DNA of 64,000 nucleotides from Escherichia coli (GTDB lineage Bacteria; Pseudomonadota; Gammaproteobacteria; Enterobacterales; Enterobacteriaceae): NCBI RefSeq assembly GCF_016026235.1, contig NZ_CP065613.1; one strand, 5' to 3'. Shown piece by piece: positions 1 to 11,354 of this stretch (position 1 is its first letter; each line of letters starts with the position of its first letter). The notes under the pieces were generated by a model. It saw only the letters and a program-made list of their open reading frames with translations, ran no database searches and was not told where the DNA came from. The position numbers and the translations under genes were made by a program.

Positions 1-725
1 GACGCTTAAACATATTGCCGAACGATTCAGCTGAGGCATAGCCCAGACGATGGGCAATTTTGGTCAACGAATATCCATCATCAAGAAGCGTCACTGCAGA
101 AATAACGTGCATTTGCTGAACCCAGTGGCGAAATGTTAATCCCGTCTCTTTAACAAATAAGCGCATGAGTGTACGGCTACTGACGTTAATTTTATCCGCT
201 AGATTATCCAGTGTTGGCAGATACCCTTGGTTGTTTAGCAAATTCTCACAAAGCTGCTGTAGCCGCTCATCATTTGGCCAAGGGAGTTCAAGTGACATTT
301 TCACCCCCATTTTTATTTCCTGAAGTATCAGTGTCTCGAGGGCTGAAAAACGTAACTGTTGTTTATCTGTGGTACTTTGCGACGGTGGAAGTTGGTTAAT
401 TGCAATTAGTAATTCCCTTAACAGGGGTGAAATACCCGTCATGAAGCAAACTGTTCCCAGCGTTTCACTTTCCGCTTCTGAAACCAGTACGGTTTTTAAA
501 AGTACGTTGCCTGTCGCAACAAACTTATGCGGCATTTGTGGGGGCAGCCAAAGCGCGCTGCTGGCATGGACTCCAGCCCATACACGAACGACTCCTTCAG
601 CCGGGTAAAGCAACTGGGCATAGAGATGTTTATGCCAGGGAACTGTACCTCCATTCAGATGTTCCGAATCCAGTCCGATAATGTGATGCCCTGGTGATGC
701 TTTGGGTTGCAGTATAATTGTCATT
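1..725 (-). CDS. AraC-family transcriptional regulator, partial (C-terminus lies beyond the window start). N-terminal cupin-like domain followed by HTH motifs (…SRTLMRLF…, …KIAHRLGYASAESFGNMFKR…).
   Basis: Manual reverse-complement translation from ATG at 725 gives a continuous ORF to position 1 with AraC-type HTH signature. It is divergent from the efflux operon. Confidence 0.6.
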
Positions 726-820
726 TACAGTAGGTATTTTGTCAGAAATCATCAAATAAGCCATGTTAAATTTTAAATATGACGTATGCAAGTTTCCGGA
801 TATATACGGTGTAAAGAGTG

Positions 821-1849
821 ATGATAATTTCTAAAAAACAGCTTATTGGGGTGGTAGCGATCGGTATTCTTTTGACTGGCGTTGTCTTTTTTATCTGGTG
901 GGTAAGCAAAGGAAGATTTATACAGACGACGGATGATGCTTACATTGGTGGTAATATCACCACGGTGGCAAGTAAAGTTTCTGGTTATATTTCTGCTATA
1001 GAGGTGCGCGATAATCAGAGCGTAAAAAAAGGCGATATTATCCTGCGTCTCGATGATCGGGATTATCGTGCAAATGTCGCCAGGCTTGAGGCAAAAATAA
1101 AAAGTAGCAAAGCCAATCTCGAAGGCATTCAAGCCACTATTGCGATGCAGCAGTCGATAATTCAAAGTGCCAGTGAAACATGGCAGGCAGTAAAACATGA
1201 GGAGCAAAAGCGCCTGCGAGATACTGAACGTTATGAAAAACTCGCACAATCAGCGGCAATATCGCAACAAATTATTGATAACGCCAGGTTTGACTACCAG
1301 CAGGTCGCAGCAAAGGAGCGCAAAGCCGCGAACGATTTCCTGGTGGAGAAGCAACGGCTGGCAGTTTTATCTGCTCAGGAAGAAAACGTACGTGCGAGTA
1401 TCGAAGAAGTTCAGGCCGCTTTGACTCAGGCACTACTGGATCTGGAATATACCCTTGTGCGTGCGCCGATTGATGGCATTGTCGCAAACCGCAGCGCCCA
1501 TACAGGCAGTTGGGTGGAAGGCGGCACATCGTTAGTTTCACTAGTACCAGTCAGTGAGTTGTGGGTTGATGCAAATTATAAAGAAAACCAAATAGCGGGA
1601 ATGAAGCCAGGAATGAAGGCTGAGATCCGTGCTGATATTCTCAAAGGGGAAGTGTTTCACGGTCACATTGAAAGCCTTTCCCCAGCGACAGGAGCCAGTT
1701 TCAGCTTGATTCCGATAGAAAATGCCACTGGCAATTTCACCAAAATTGTTCAGCGTGTCCCGGTACGGATTGCATTTGACGACGCAAAGGAATTAAAGCA
1801 ACTTCTTCGCCCGGGACTGTCCGTCACCGTCAGTGTTGATGAGAGATGA
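821..1849 (+). CDS. HlyD/EmrA-family membrane fusion protein of a multidrug efflux pump
   Basis: 343-aa ORF with an N-terminal TM anchor, coiled-coil and lipoyl/beta-barrel motifs typical of EmrA. Its stop overlaps the next start (ATGA at 1846). Confidence 0.75.
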   Translation: MIISKKQLIGVVAIGILLTGVVFFIWWVSKGRFIQTTDDAYIGGNITTVASKVSGYISAIEVRDNQSVKKGDIILRLDDRDYRANVARLEAKIKSSKANLEGIQATIAMQQSIIQSASETWQAVKHEEQKRLRDTERYEKLAQSAAISQQIIDNARFDYQQVAAKERKAANDFLVEKQRLAVLSAQEENVRASIEEVQAALTQALLDLEYTLVRAPIDGIVANRSAHTGSWVEGGTSLVSLVPVSELWVDANYKENQIAGMKPGMKAEIRADILKGEVFHGHIESLSPATGASFSLIPIENATGNFTKIVQRVPVRIAFDDAKELKQLLRPGLSVTVSVDER

Positions 1850-3359
1850 TGTCTATGCGTAAACATATTGCTTTCGCCAGTATGTGTATGGGATTATTTA
1901 TTGCTCAGCTTGATATTCAAATTGTATCGTCATCCCTAAATGAAATAGGTGGTGGTTTGTCCGCAGGTAAAGACGAAATGGCCTGGCTTCAGACCAGCTA
2001 TTTAATTGCTGAGATTATTGTTATTCCGCTCTCTGGGTGGCTGTCACGGGTATTTTCCACTCGTTGGCTTTTTACTCTATCCGCGGGAATATTTACTTTA
2101 ATGAGTATCGCGTGTGGACTTGCATGGAATATTCAGATCATGATTTTGTTTCGTGCTTTACAGGGAGCTGCTGGCGCATCCATGATCCCTTTAGTTTTCA
2201 CGACGGCGTTTATTTATTACCAGGGTAAAGAGTTGGGGTTGGCTGCTGCGGTAGTCAGTGCGCTGGCCTCACTGTCACCGACGCTAGGGCCAACTCTGGG
2301 GGGCTGGATCACTGATAACCTCGACTGGCGATGGCTATTTTATATCAATATATTACCTGGCATATATTTAGTTTTGAGTATTCCTTTTCTGGTTAATTTT
2401 GATAAACCTGATCTCTCTTTACTGAAAGTTGCTGATTATCCGAGTATTATCCTGTTGGCCATGACTCTGGGATGTCTGGAATATACCCTTGAAGAAGGAG
2501 CGCGCTGGGGATGGCTGGATGATAATACTATTTTGCTGACATCAGTTCTGGCATTGGTGAGTTTTATTTTATTTGCTGCGCGTACACTTACAATATCCAA
2601 TCCGATAATGGATCTTCATGCTTTTAAGGATAAAAATTTCACTCTGGGATGTTTTTTTTCTTTTTCTGGAGGGGTTGGGATATTCTCTACTGTATATTTA
2701 ATACCTGTGTTTTTGGGGCAGATTCGCGGATTAAATGCCGAAGAGATAGGTTTTGCCGTTTGCACAACAGGTATTTTCCAGTTATTTTCTGTTCCCTTTT
2801 ACTTCTGGTTAAGTAAAAAAATAAATCTGCGATGGCTGTTGATGGCGGGGCTGGGCGGATTTGTGTTTTCAATGTATCTTTTTACCCCTATAACCCACGA
2901 ATGGGGATGGCAGGAATTACTGTTTCCACAGGCAATTAGAGGGATTTCGCAGCAGTTTGCGATGGCCCCATCGTAACATTAACGCTAGGGGGAATTCCAA
3001 AAGAACGGCTGAAGTTAGCCTCTGGTGTATTTAATTTAACACGTAATCTTGGGGGCGCGATTGGTATTGCCCTGTGTGGCTCTATTCTCAATAATCGAAC
3101 TAATTTTCATTTTTCGCGAATGGGTGAAAAAATGGTTTCTGTTCCCCATACGGTGAATGACTTCATTTCCAGAAGTGCTTTATTTTTTAATCGCAGTGGA
3201 AGTGACCAGACATCGGAAATACTGGCTTCAACCAAATTATTGAGTCAATTGATGCTGAGGGAGGCGCAAACTATGGCATTTTCGGATACCTTTCTGCTAA
3301 TCAGTGGTCTGTTATTTATCGCATTTTTGTTGGTTCCTGCTATGAATAAATCATCCTGA
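1846..3359 (+). pseudogene. EmrB-like MFS (DHA2, 14-TMS) drug exporter, split by an apparent -1 frameshift at a C4 run (2966-2969). The N-terminal 376 aa are in frame 1 and the C-terminal ~128 aa in frame 3.
   Basis: The translation …LDIQIVSSSLNEIGGGL… is EmrB-like. The continuation …VTLTLGGIPKERLK…NLGGAIGIAL… is open in the +2 frame straight after the stop at 2974-2976. Adding one C to the C-run joins the frames. Confidence 0.6.
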
Positions 3360-3553
3360 TCGGAGCCTGTGCTGAATTAAACTCGGGCTAAACTGTTCGA
3401 TACTGCTAACAGGCTAGTATAAAATGCCCCGCCTGCGCAGATACTCACAGGTATGAAGTAGAGTATTGTTTCAATCTGTGAAGGGAACGATGCAGTAAGT
3501 ATGAACAATTAACCCGTCTGAATCACGACGTGTGAAGGTGCATAGGAGGTTAC

Positions 3554-4117
3554 ATGAACCTTGACGACAAATCGCTGTTTCTTGACGCCATGGAAGATGT
3601 CCAGCCGCTGAAACGAGCTACAGATGTCCACTGGCATCCAACGCGTAACCAACGTGCGCCGCAGCGTATCGACACGCTGCAGCTTGATAATTTCCTCACC
3701 ACCGGATTTCTCGACATCATCCCGCTAAGTCAGCCGCTGGAGTTTCGGCGGGAAGGGTTGCAACATGGGGTGCTGGATAAGCTGCGCAGTGGTAAATATC
3801 CGCAACAGGCGAGCCTGAATCTTTTGCGCCAGCCGGTGGAAGAGTGCCGCAAAATGGTGTTCAGTTTCATTCAACAAGCCCTGGCGGATGGTTTGCGTAA
3901 TGTGCTGATTATTCATGGTAAAGGGCGGGAAGATAAATCGCATGCCAATATTGTCCGCAGCTATGTGGCGCGCTGGCTGACCGAATTTGATGATGTTCAG
4001 GCATATTGCACCGCGCTACCGCATCATGGCGGCAGCGGGGCGTGTTACGTCGCACTACGTAAAACGGCGCAGGCGAAGCAAGAAAACTGGGAGCGCCACG
4101 CTAAGCGCAGTCGTTGA
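3554..4117 (+). CDS. smrA: Smr-domain protein (SmrA/YdaL-like DNA endonuclease)
   Basis: 187-aa ORF matching the length and C-terminal Smr domain pattern (…VLIIHGKGR…) of YdaL. Synteny with dgcM-zntB-dbpA-ttcA. Confidence 0.7.
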   Translation: MNLDDKSLFLDAMEDVQPLKRATDVHWHPTRNQRAPQRIDTLQLDNFLTTGFLDIIPLSQPLEFRREGLQHGVLDKLRSGKYPQQASLNLLRQPVEECRKMVFSFIQQALADGLRNVLIIHGKGREDKSHANIVRSYVARWLTEFDDVQAYCTALPHHGGSGACYVALRKTAQAKQENWERHAKRSR

Positions 4118-4137
4118 TCTCGAGACGCATCCGCGGC

Positions 4138-5430
4138 TTATGCCGCCAGCACGCGGTTGCGTCCATCATTTTTCGCCCGATACAAAGCATCATCAACGCG
4201 TTTAAACAGTTCATCGATGCTTTCATTTCCTTCGTGATGCGCCACACCAATGCTGACGGTAAAGCGTGGTAAGCCCGAAATACTCACTTTTGCCACGCTT
4301 ACGCGGATAGTTTCAGCCAGCGAAAGCGCGGTATCCAGTGGGGTTCTTGGTAGCAATAAGACAAACTCTTCGCCTCCCCAACGAAACACCAAATCGCCTT
4401 TGCGAGCGCAACTTTCGAGGGTGCGGGCGAGGGCGCATAACACCTCATCACCTTTAGAATGCCCATAGAGATCGTTAATGTGTTTAAAACGATCGGTGTC
4501 GATGAGCAACAAGCTGTAATCCTGAGCGATGGCGAGATGCTGCATTTGGCCTGGCTCGGTAATGTGATAAAACTGTCGCCGATTCAGTAATCCGGTCATC
4601 GCGTCATGGTGAGCAGCATGTTCCAGCTGCTCCTCCAGCCGTTTTTGCTCAGTAATATCATGCACAATACATAACATGAGCTTGTCGCCATAAATTTCAA
4701 TCGGTCCGGCATAGGTCTGCACATGACGAGTAGATCCATCCGCCAGTTTATGAACAAAATTCAAAGGTTTATGACCGCCGGGTAAATGCGAAATTTCATG
4801 CATGATAGGCATGACGCGACGCCCGAGCATATTTATTTCCCAGGTATGTTTCTGGCACATCGTTTCATGGTTATAACCATAGAAATTGAGCGCGGCGAGG
4901 TTAGCATCGACGATTTGTCCATCTCGTGACGGGTCAATCAACAACATTGGTGCAGAGTTAGTCAGAAAAAAGCGCGCATAAAAACCTTGTTTTTTGCGCT
5001 GATAATTTGCCGAGCGACTGGCTTTTAAACCCAGCGTTGCCGGCGCTTCGATACCTTCGAAAATAATCACCGGTTCTGTTTCTGTCAGCTCTCGCAAAAC
5101 AAGCCGACAGCTTAATGCTGTTTCCTCTTCTTTACGCTGAACAGTGAGGATTTCGATAATATCGTGTTGGTTTTGCAGATCGGAGAGGTATTTCGGCAGT
5201 TCTTTTTGTGAGGAGACGGAATAGGGACCGGTTCGTAGCTGACTAAACGTGAGGTCTTGCATCAACAGTCGCGCCGCGCTATTGGCATAAATTAACTGTT
5301 CCTCAAAGGGCGAAACGATCCAGACAGGACTGGTGAGTAAGTCCAGGGTATTGAAGTTGTGCGTAATCATTGAGATCCCATTATTTTTATCAATTTTTGT
5401 TGCTATCCGATCGCAAAAAAGCCACGTCAT
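4138..5430 (-). CDS. dgcM: PAS-GGDEF diguanylate cyclase (DgcM/YdaM-like)
   Basis: GGEEF motif (…RWGGEEFVLLL…) with N-terminal PAS-like region. Conserved position between smrA and zntB. Confidence 0.75.
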   Translation of the reverse strand: MTWLFCDRIATKIDKNNGISMITHNFNTLDLLTSPVWIVSPFEEQLIYANSAARLLMQDLTFSQLRTGPYSVSSQKELPKYLSDLQNQHDIIEILTVQRKEEETALSCRLVLRELTETEPVIIFEGIEAPATLGLKASRSANYQRKKQGFYARFFLTNSAPMLLIDPSRDGQIVDANLAALNFYGYNHETMCQKHTWEINMLGRRVMPIMHEISHLPGGHKPLNFVHKLADGSTRHVQTYAGPIEIYGDKLMLCIVHDITEQKRLEEQLEHAAHHDAMTGLLNRRQFYHITEPGQMQHLAIAQDYSLLLIDTDRFKHINDLYGHSKGDEVLCALARTLESCARKGDLVFRWGGEEFVLLLPRTPLDTALSLAETIRVSVAKVSISGLPRFTVSIGVAHHEGNESIDELFKRVDDALYRAKNDGRNRVLAA

Positions 5431-5603
5431 ATGATCAGATAATTCTGATAATGATAGACGCTATTTAACACTTCACACGGTTTGTATACGGAAAAGCATT
5501 TTGCTTTTTGTATTCAATTTAGACAGAATTTTATTAATCATTTCAGGGTAATGGGGTGATGAGATGTTGCGTAACAGGGCCAGAAGGCTAGACTACAAAA
5601 TAA

Positions 5604-6608
<1,005 letters not shown>

Positions 6609-6795
6609 CAAAAGCAATTTTTCCGGCTATCTGTATACAAAAACGCCGCAAAGTTTGAGCGAAGTCAATAAACTCTCTACCCATTCAGGGCAATATCTCT
6701 CTTGCAGGTGAATGCAACGTCAAGCGATGGGCGTTGCGCTCCATATTGTCTTACTTCCTTTTTTGAATTACTGCATAGCACAATTGATTCGTACG

Positions 6796-6826
6796 ACGCC
6801 GACTTTGATGAGTCGGCTTTTTTTTG
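6796..6826 (+). terminator. Rho-independent terminator (stem gccgact…agtcggc followed by T8)
   Basis: GC hairpin plus U-run, read directly from the sequence. Confidence 0.5.
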
Positions 6827-6882
6827 CCTGTTATTTATCAGCGTCTACCCTTTAAGAGTCCACCCAATGACCGGAGGGAAAT

Positions 6883-7053
6883 ATGACGACACTTATTTAT
6901 TTGCAAATTCCTGTCCCTGAACCGATTCCTGGCGATCCTGTTCCAGTGCCCGATCCGATCCCTCGCCCGCAACCCATGCCTGACCCACCACCCGATGAAG
7001 AACCGATTAAATTGTCGCATCGTGAGCGTAGATCTGCGAGGATACGCGCCTGA
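6883..7053 (+). CDS. Small proline-rich ORF (56 aa, MTTLIYLQIPVPEPIPGDPVPVPDPIPRPQPMPDPPPDEEPIKLSHRERRSARIRA) with a GGAGG RBS
   Basis: Good Shine-Dalgarno 7 nt upstream of the ATG. It is below the 60-aa cutoff of the ORF track. Not a recognised function. Confidence 0.3.
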   Translation: MTTLIYLQIPVPEPIPGDPVPVPDPIPRPQPMPDPPPDEEPIKLSHRERRSARIRA

Positions 7054-7085
7054 TGACTTTGCGTCGATGACCACGAGAATAGATT

Positions 7086-8459
7086 GTGACCGCTTTTTCT
7101 ACCCTGAATGTTTTGCCTCCCGCCCAACTCACGAACCTTAATGAGTTGGGTTATTTAACCATGACGCCGGTGCAGGCCGCCGCGCTTCCGGCGATCCTTG
7201 CCGGAAAAGATGTTCGCGTGCAGGCGAAAACTGGCAGCGGCAAAACGGCGGCTTTTGGCCTCGGCTTGTTACAGCAAATTGATGCGTCGCTATTTCAAAC
7301 CCAGGCTTTAGTGCTGTGTCCTACGCGTGAACTGGCGGATCAGGTGGCAGGTGAATTGCGTCGGCTGGCGCGTTTTCTGCCAAATACCAAAATTTTGACG
7401 TTGTGCGGTGGTCAACCGTTCGGTATGCAGCGTGATTCGTTGCAACATGCGCCGCATATTATCGTGGCAACGCCGGGGCGTTTGCTGGATCACCTGCAAA
7501 AAGGCACGGTATCACTGGATGCGTTGAATACGCTGGTGATGGATGAGGCCGACCGCATGCTGGATATGGGATTTAGCGATGCCATTGATGATGTCATCCG
7601 TTTTGCGCCAGCATCTCGACAGACGCTTCTGTTTTCGGCAACCTGGCCGGAAGCCATCGCTGCAATCAGCGGACGAGTGCAACGCGATCCTTTGGCGATT
7701 GAAATTGACTCAACAGATGCTTTGCCACCCATTGAACAACAATTTTATGAGACATCCAGCAAAGGCAAAATTCCTCTGTTGCAACGGTTATTAAGCTTGC
7801 ATCAGCCATCCTCTTGCGTGGTGTTTTGCAATACCAAAAAAGATTGTCAGGCTGTCTGCGACGCGCTGAATGAAGTAGGGCAAAGTGCATTGTCGTTACA
7901 CGGCGATCTGGAGCAACGCGATCGCGATCAGACCCTGGTACGTTTTGCTAACGGTAGCGCCCGTGTACTGGTCGCGACTGATGTTGCTGCGCGTGGTCTG
8001 GATATAAAATCGCTTGAGCTGGTGGTGAACTTTGAGCTGGCGTGGGACCCTGAAGTTCATGTACATCGCATCGGCCGTACAGCTCGTGCAGGAAATAGCG
8101 GTCTGGCGATCAGTTTCTGTGCTCCGGAAGAAGCACAGCGGGCCAATATCATTTCTGACATGTTGCAGATAAAACTTAACTGGCAAACACCGCCAGTTAA
8201 TAGTTCCATTGTGCCGCTGGAAGCAGAAATGGCAACGTTGTGTATCGATGGCGGGAAAAAAGCCAAAATGCGCCCGGGTGATGTATTAGGTGCACTGACA
8301 GGAGATATCGGGCTTGATGGCGCAGATATTGGCAAAATCGCCGTGCATCCGGCGCATGTCTATGTCGCGGTCCGTCAGGCTGTTGCTCATAAAGCATGGA
8401 AACAGTTACAGGGCGGGAAGATTAAAGGAAAAACGTGCCGGGTGCGGTTATTAAAATAA
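7086..8459 (+). CDS. dbpA: ATP-dependent RNA helicase DbpA (DEAD-box, 23S rRNA-specific)
   Basis: Q-motif, Walker A (AKTGSGKT), DEAD (VMDEAD), SAT and HRIGRTAR motifs. 457 aa. Confidence 0.9.
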   Translation: MTAFSTLNVLPPAQLTNLNELGYLTMTPVQAAALPAILAGKDVRVQAKTGSGKTAAFGLGLLQQIDASLFQTQALVLCPTRELADQVAGELRRLARFLPNTKILTLCGGQPFGMQRDSLQHAPHIIVATPGRLLDHLQKGTVSLDALNTLVMDEADRMLDMGFSDAIDDVIRFAPASRQTLLFSATWPEAIAAISGRVQRDPLAIEIDSTDALPPIEQQFYETSSKGKIPLLQRLLSLHQPSSCVVFCNTKKDCQAVCDALNEVGQSALSLHGDLEQRDRDQTLVRFANGSARVLVATDVAARGLDIKSLELVVNFELAWDPEVHVHRIGRTARAGNSGLAISFCAPEEAQRANIISDMLQIKLNWQTPPVNSSIVPLEAEMATLCIDGGKKAKMRPGDVLGALTGDIGLDGADIGKIAVHPAHVYVAVRQAVAHKAWKQLQGGKIKGKTCRVRLLK

Positions 8460-8489
8460 TGAAATGTTGAATTGCCGGGTGCAAGAGTA

Positions 8490-8580
8490 AACATCTTATT
8501 CGGGATTGCCGGATGCGACGCTGGCCGCGTCTTATCCGGCCTCCATAAGAGTAGCCCGATACGCTTGCGCATCGGGCGCT
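8490..8580. repeat. REP (repetitive extragenic palindrome) elements in the dbpA/ttcA convergent intergenic region
   Basis: gccggatgcgacgctggccgcgtcttatccggcc and gcccgatacgcttgcgcatcgggc palindromic units typical of E. coli REP. Confidence 0.5.
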
Positions 8581-8587
8581 ATCCTGG

Positions 8588-9523
8588 TTATTTCACTTCA
8601 ACCACATTCAGCCGTAACTCATCCAACTGATTTTCATCTTCTTCTGGCTGCCAGCCCGCCGGTTGTAGTGGGATCTCTTCGCGATCAAACGCCAGATCAC
8701 CCCCGTTAACCACTTCAGAACCGTGGGTGATGCCTTTGAAATCGAACAGGTTGGTATCGCACAGATGCGACGGCACCACATTCTGCATCGCGCTGAACAT
8801 CGTCTCGATACGCCCTGGATAACGTTTATCCCAGTCCCGCAACATGTCAGCAATCACCTGACGTTGCAGGTTAGGCTGTGAACCGCACAGGTTGCACGGA
8901 ATAATCGGGAACGCTTTTGCATCGGCAAATCGCTGAATATCTTTCTCGCGGCAGTAGGCCAGCGGACGAATAACGATATGTTTGCCATCATCGCTCATCA
9001 GTTTCGGAGGCATACCTTTCATCTTGCCGCCGTAGAACATATTTAAGAACAACGTTTGCAGGATATCGTCACGATGGTGGCCCAACGCGATCTTCGTCGC
9101 CCCCAGTTCCGTTGCGGTGCGATAAAGGATACCGCGACGTAGCCGAGAACACAGTGAGCAAGTGGTTTTGCCCTCTGGAATCTTCTCTTTCACGATACCG
9201 TAAGTGTTCTCTTCAACAATCTTGTACTCAACGCCCAGCTTTTCAAGATACTCGGGCAGAACGTGTTCCGGGAAGCCCGGTTGCTTTTGATCGAGGTTAA
9301 CAGCCACCAGCGAAAAATTGATTGGCGCGCTTTGCTGCAAATTGCGCAGAATCTCCAGCATGGTATAGCTGTCTTTACCCCCGGAGAGGCAAACCATGAT
9401 GCGATCGCCTTCTTCAATCATATTGAAGTCAGCAATGGCTTCGCCCACGTTACGACGCAGACGTTTTTGTAATTTGTTCAGATTGTATTGTTCTTTCTTT
9501 GTAATTTGTTGATTTTCTTGCAT
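8588..9523 (-). CDS. ttcA: tRNA 2-thiocytidine(32) synthetase TtcA. The 5' ~48 nt are supplied by the prophage att region.
   Basis: PP-loop SGGKDS and paired CxxC motifs. 311 aa. Confidence 0.9.
   Translation of the reverse strand: MQENQQITKKEQYNLNKLQKRLRRNVGEAIADFNMIEEGDRIMVCLSGGKDSYTMLEILRNLQQSAPINFSLVAVNLDQKQPGFPEHVLPEYLEKLGVEYKIVEENTYGIVKEKIPEGKTTCSLCSRLRRGILYRTATELGATKIALGHHRDDILQTLFLNMFYGGKMKGMPPKLMSDDGKHIVIRPLAYCREKDIQRFADAKAFPIIPCNLCGSQPNLQRQVIADMLRDWDKRYPGRIETMFSAMQNVVPSHLCDTNLFDFKGITHGSEVVNGGDLAFDREEIPLQPAGWQPEEDENQLDELRLNVVEVK
9476..9499. other. attL core (gttcagattgtattgttctttctt), identical to 57931-57954
   Basis: Exact 24-bp direct repeat bounding the prophage. It lies inside the ttcA 5' coding region. 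Confidence 0.7.
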
Positions 9524-9545
9524 TATTTCAGTTCTCTGGTACTAA

Positions 9546-9566
9546 ATGGGGCAAATTGGGGGCAAA
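9546..9566. promoter_or_regulatory. Putative arm-type integrase binding repeats (TGGGGCAAA x2) between ttcA start and int stop
   Basis: The same GGGGCAAA(A) motif is repeated 3-4 times next to the other att end (57776-57826). Confidence 0.4.
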
Positions 9567-9574
9567 CTTTGCAA

Positions 9575-10810
9575 CTACGATAACCGCGCATTCAACATGG
9601 CTATCTGTTCGTCGTTCATGTCATCAATCCACATACCGTAAATTTCATACACCATTTGCGCAGTTTCATGCCCCATCTGGCTGGCTATAAATGCCGGGTT
9701 CGCTCCTGCCGTCAACAGCCAGCAGGCAAAAGTATGTCGCGTATGGTACGGATTACGGCGGCGAATACCAGCACGTTTTACTGCTGCATTCCATCTCGCA
9801 CCCAAACTGCTTACCGAGTAATAAGGTTTCTGTTTTCCGTTACACATCCTGGGCATGAAAACAAAATGCAGTTTTTGCTTTTCGGTTCTGCCGTACTCCC
9901 GATGATAAAAAGTGATTTCGCTTTTGCGATGATGCCCGGTCAGTTTGTATTGCTCCTTCAGTGCTTCAAGAGCTGGCTGTAGTAATGTTACCGTCCGGAT
10001 CCCGGCATTTGTTTTTGGGGGACCGAACATATCAAGTATCGTCAGGTTTCTTCTGACATTCACAATTCCCTTCTCGAAATCCACATCCTCCCACGCCAGA
10101 GCTGCCAGTTCCCCGTGACGAAGCCCGGAGTAAACGGCAAATTTCCACAAGTTTTGGCTCTGTCCTTTTTCACTTTCCATTAATGCATTGAATTCTGTTT
10201 TAGATAACGGGTCAGGCTTTATTCTGTTTCGCTGTAATTTTTTTACTCCTTCAAATGGTTTGGTTGATATAAATCCCGACTGATACGCAAAACGTAACAG
10301 CGAACAGAGCAGGGCGATATAGTTATCAACTGTGCGCACGGTTCTTCCTTTTTTGTTGGATCTTGGATTATCCAGGTAAAGCGTTTCTCCATGCAGCAGT
10401 TCATTCCGGTAGTTTAAGATATCGCTATAACGAATATATGATATCGGGGTACTTTCACAAATTATTATTCTGAGTGTTTTTAATTGTGATTTCGTTTTCT
10501 TCATTGTGTTTGTTGTTAACTCTGTCTCTTTAATTTTTGTCCAGATATCACAAAGCTCCCCGAACGTTTTTATGACTCTCGTTGTCACCATTTTTGCCCC
10601 AGTGCTGGACTGGGGAAAACGTCTTAAATACTCAAATTCACCGGAGTTTATTTCATGAACTATCAGCGCTCTTAAATTTCCGGCCTTTTTAATATTACTG
10701 TTTGTAATCTCCCAGCCTTTTAATGTTTCCCGACATCGTTTTCCTCGAAACATGAACCAGATGCGAATGTTTCTACCTCTAATCTCGACACCTGTTGGTA
10801 ATTTAGACAT
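9575..10810 (-). CDS. intR: Tyrosine integrase (IntR/Rac-type, 411 aa)
   Basis: C-terminal R…HxxR…Y catalytic signature (…HTRHTFACWLL…MGH…YEIYGMW). Adjacent to the att site in ttcA as in the Rac prophage. Confidence 0.9.
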   Translation of the reverse strand: MSKLPTGVEIRGRNIRIWFMFRGKRCRETLKGWEITNSNIKKAGNLRALIVHEINSGEFEYLRRFPQSSTGAKMVTTRVIKTFGELCDIWTKIKETELTTNTMKKTKSQLKTLRIIICESTPISYIRYSDILNYRNELLHGETLYLDNPRSNKKGRTVRTVDNYIALLCSLLRFAYQSGFISTKPFEGVKKLQRNRIKPDPLSKTEFNALMESEKGQSQNLWKFAVYSGLRHGELAALAWEDVDFEKGIVNVRRNLTILDMFGPPKTNAGIRTVTLLQPALEALKEQYKLTGHHRKSEITFYHREYGRTEKQKLHFVFMPRMCNGKQKPYYSVSSLGARWNAAVKRAGIRRRNPYHTRHTFACWLLTAGANPAFIASQMGHETAQMVYEIYGMWIDDMNDEQIAMLNARLS

Positions 10811-10811
10811 A

Positions 10812-11051
10812 TCATGAGTCTTTGATAAACTGATTTATCTTTGGATAGTTGTACCAGATAATCCCTCGTTTGCTGTCTGGCTTACCTAAAGGAGATACTC
10901 GTTTGAAGTGGAAGCCCTCCACCCAACAGTTCTGGCGGTATGCTTCAATTTGTCTGGCCCCCAGACCAGTGCGAAGCATCAGGCCGTATTCAACCATCCA
11001 CTCTTCATTAAAGATTACTTGTGCCATCGCATCACCTCTGGCAGGCGCCAA
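10812..11051 (-). CDS. Excisionase-like protein (DUF1233/Xis family)
   Basis: Small basic protein immediately upstream of int on the same strand. Motif …[13 protein letters not shown]…. Confidence 0.55.
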   Translation of the reverse strand: MAPARGDAMAQVIFNEEWMVEYGLMLRTGLGARQIEAYRQNCWVEGFHFKRVSPLGKPDSKRGIIWYNYPKINQFIKDS

Positions 11052-11126
11052 TGTTAGACTGAAATTGACGCCTGATGTTGATTATTAATAATCAGCTATG
11101 AAGTTCTAATCTGGATATAATGAAAT

Positions 11127-11348
11127 TCACGAGGACTGAAGTTTCTCGCAATTAAAATTTATCAGTTTTACTTTCTGCTCTCTGGAAACGCCTGCTTCTT
11201 TTTCCCCTGAGAGCATTTTTTCGCATTCTGATTTCGTTAGTTTTGTCTTTGAGTATCTTGTCCAGCTGGCAGGAGAACCACCTTCCTTTTCAATAGTGGC
11301 TGTAATTTTATACATGAACACCTCCATTAATATTTTCCCAAAATGCAC
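11127..11348 (-). CDS. Hypothetical small phage protein
   Basis: ORF in the early-left operon. No recognisable domain. Confidence 0.3.
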   Translation of the reverse strand: MHFGKILMEVFMYKITATIEKEGGSPASWTRYSKTKLTKSECEKMLSGEKEAGVSREQKVKLINFNCEKLQSS

Positions 11349-11354
11349 TTGGTT

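Noticed and set aside
3360-3553. Looked for the McaS sRNA that lies upstream of ydaL in K-12
   Set aside because: The intergenic sequence here does not resemble McaS as I recall it. The upstream gene content also differs from K-12, so absence is plausible. No call made.
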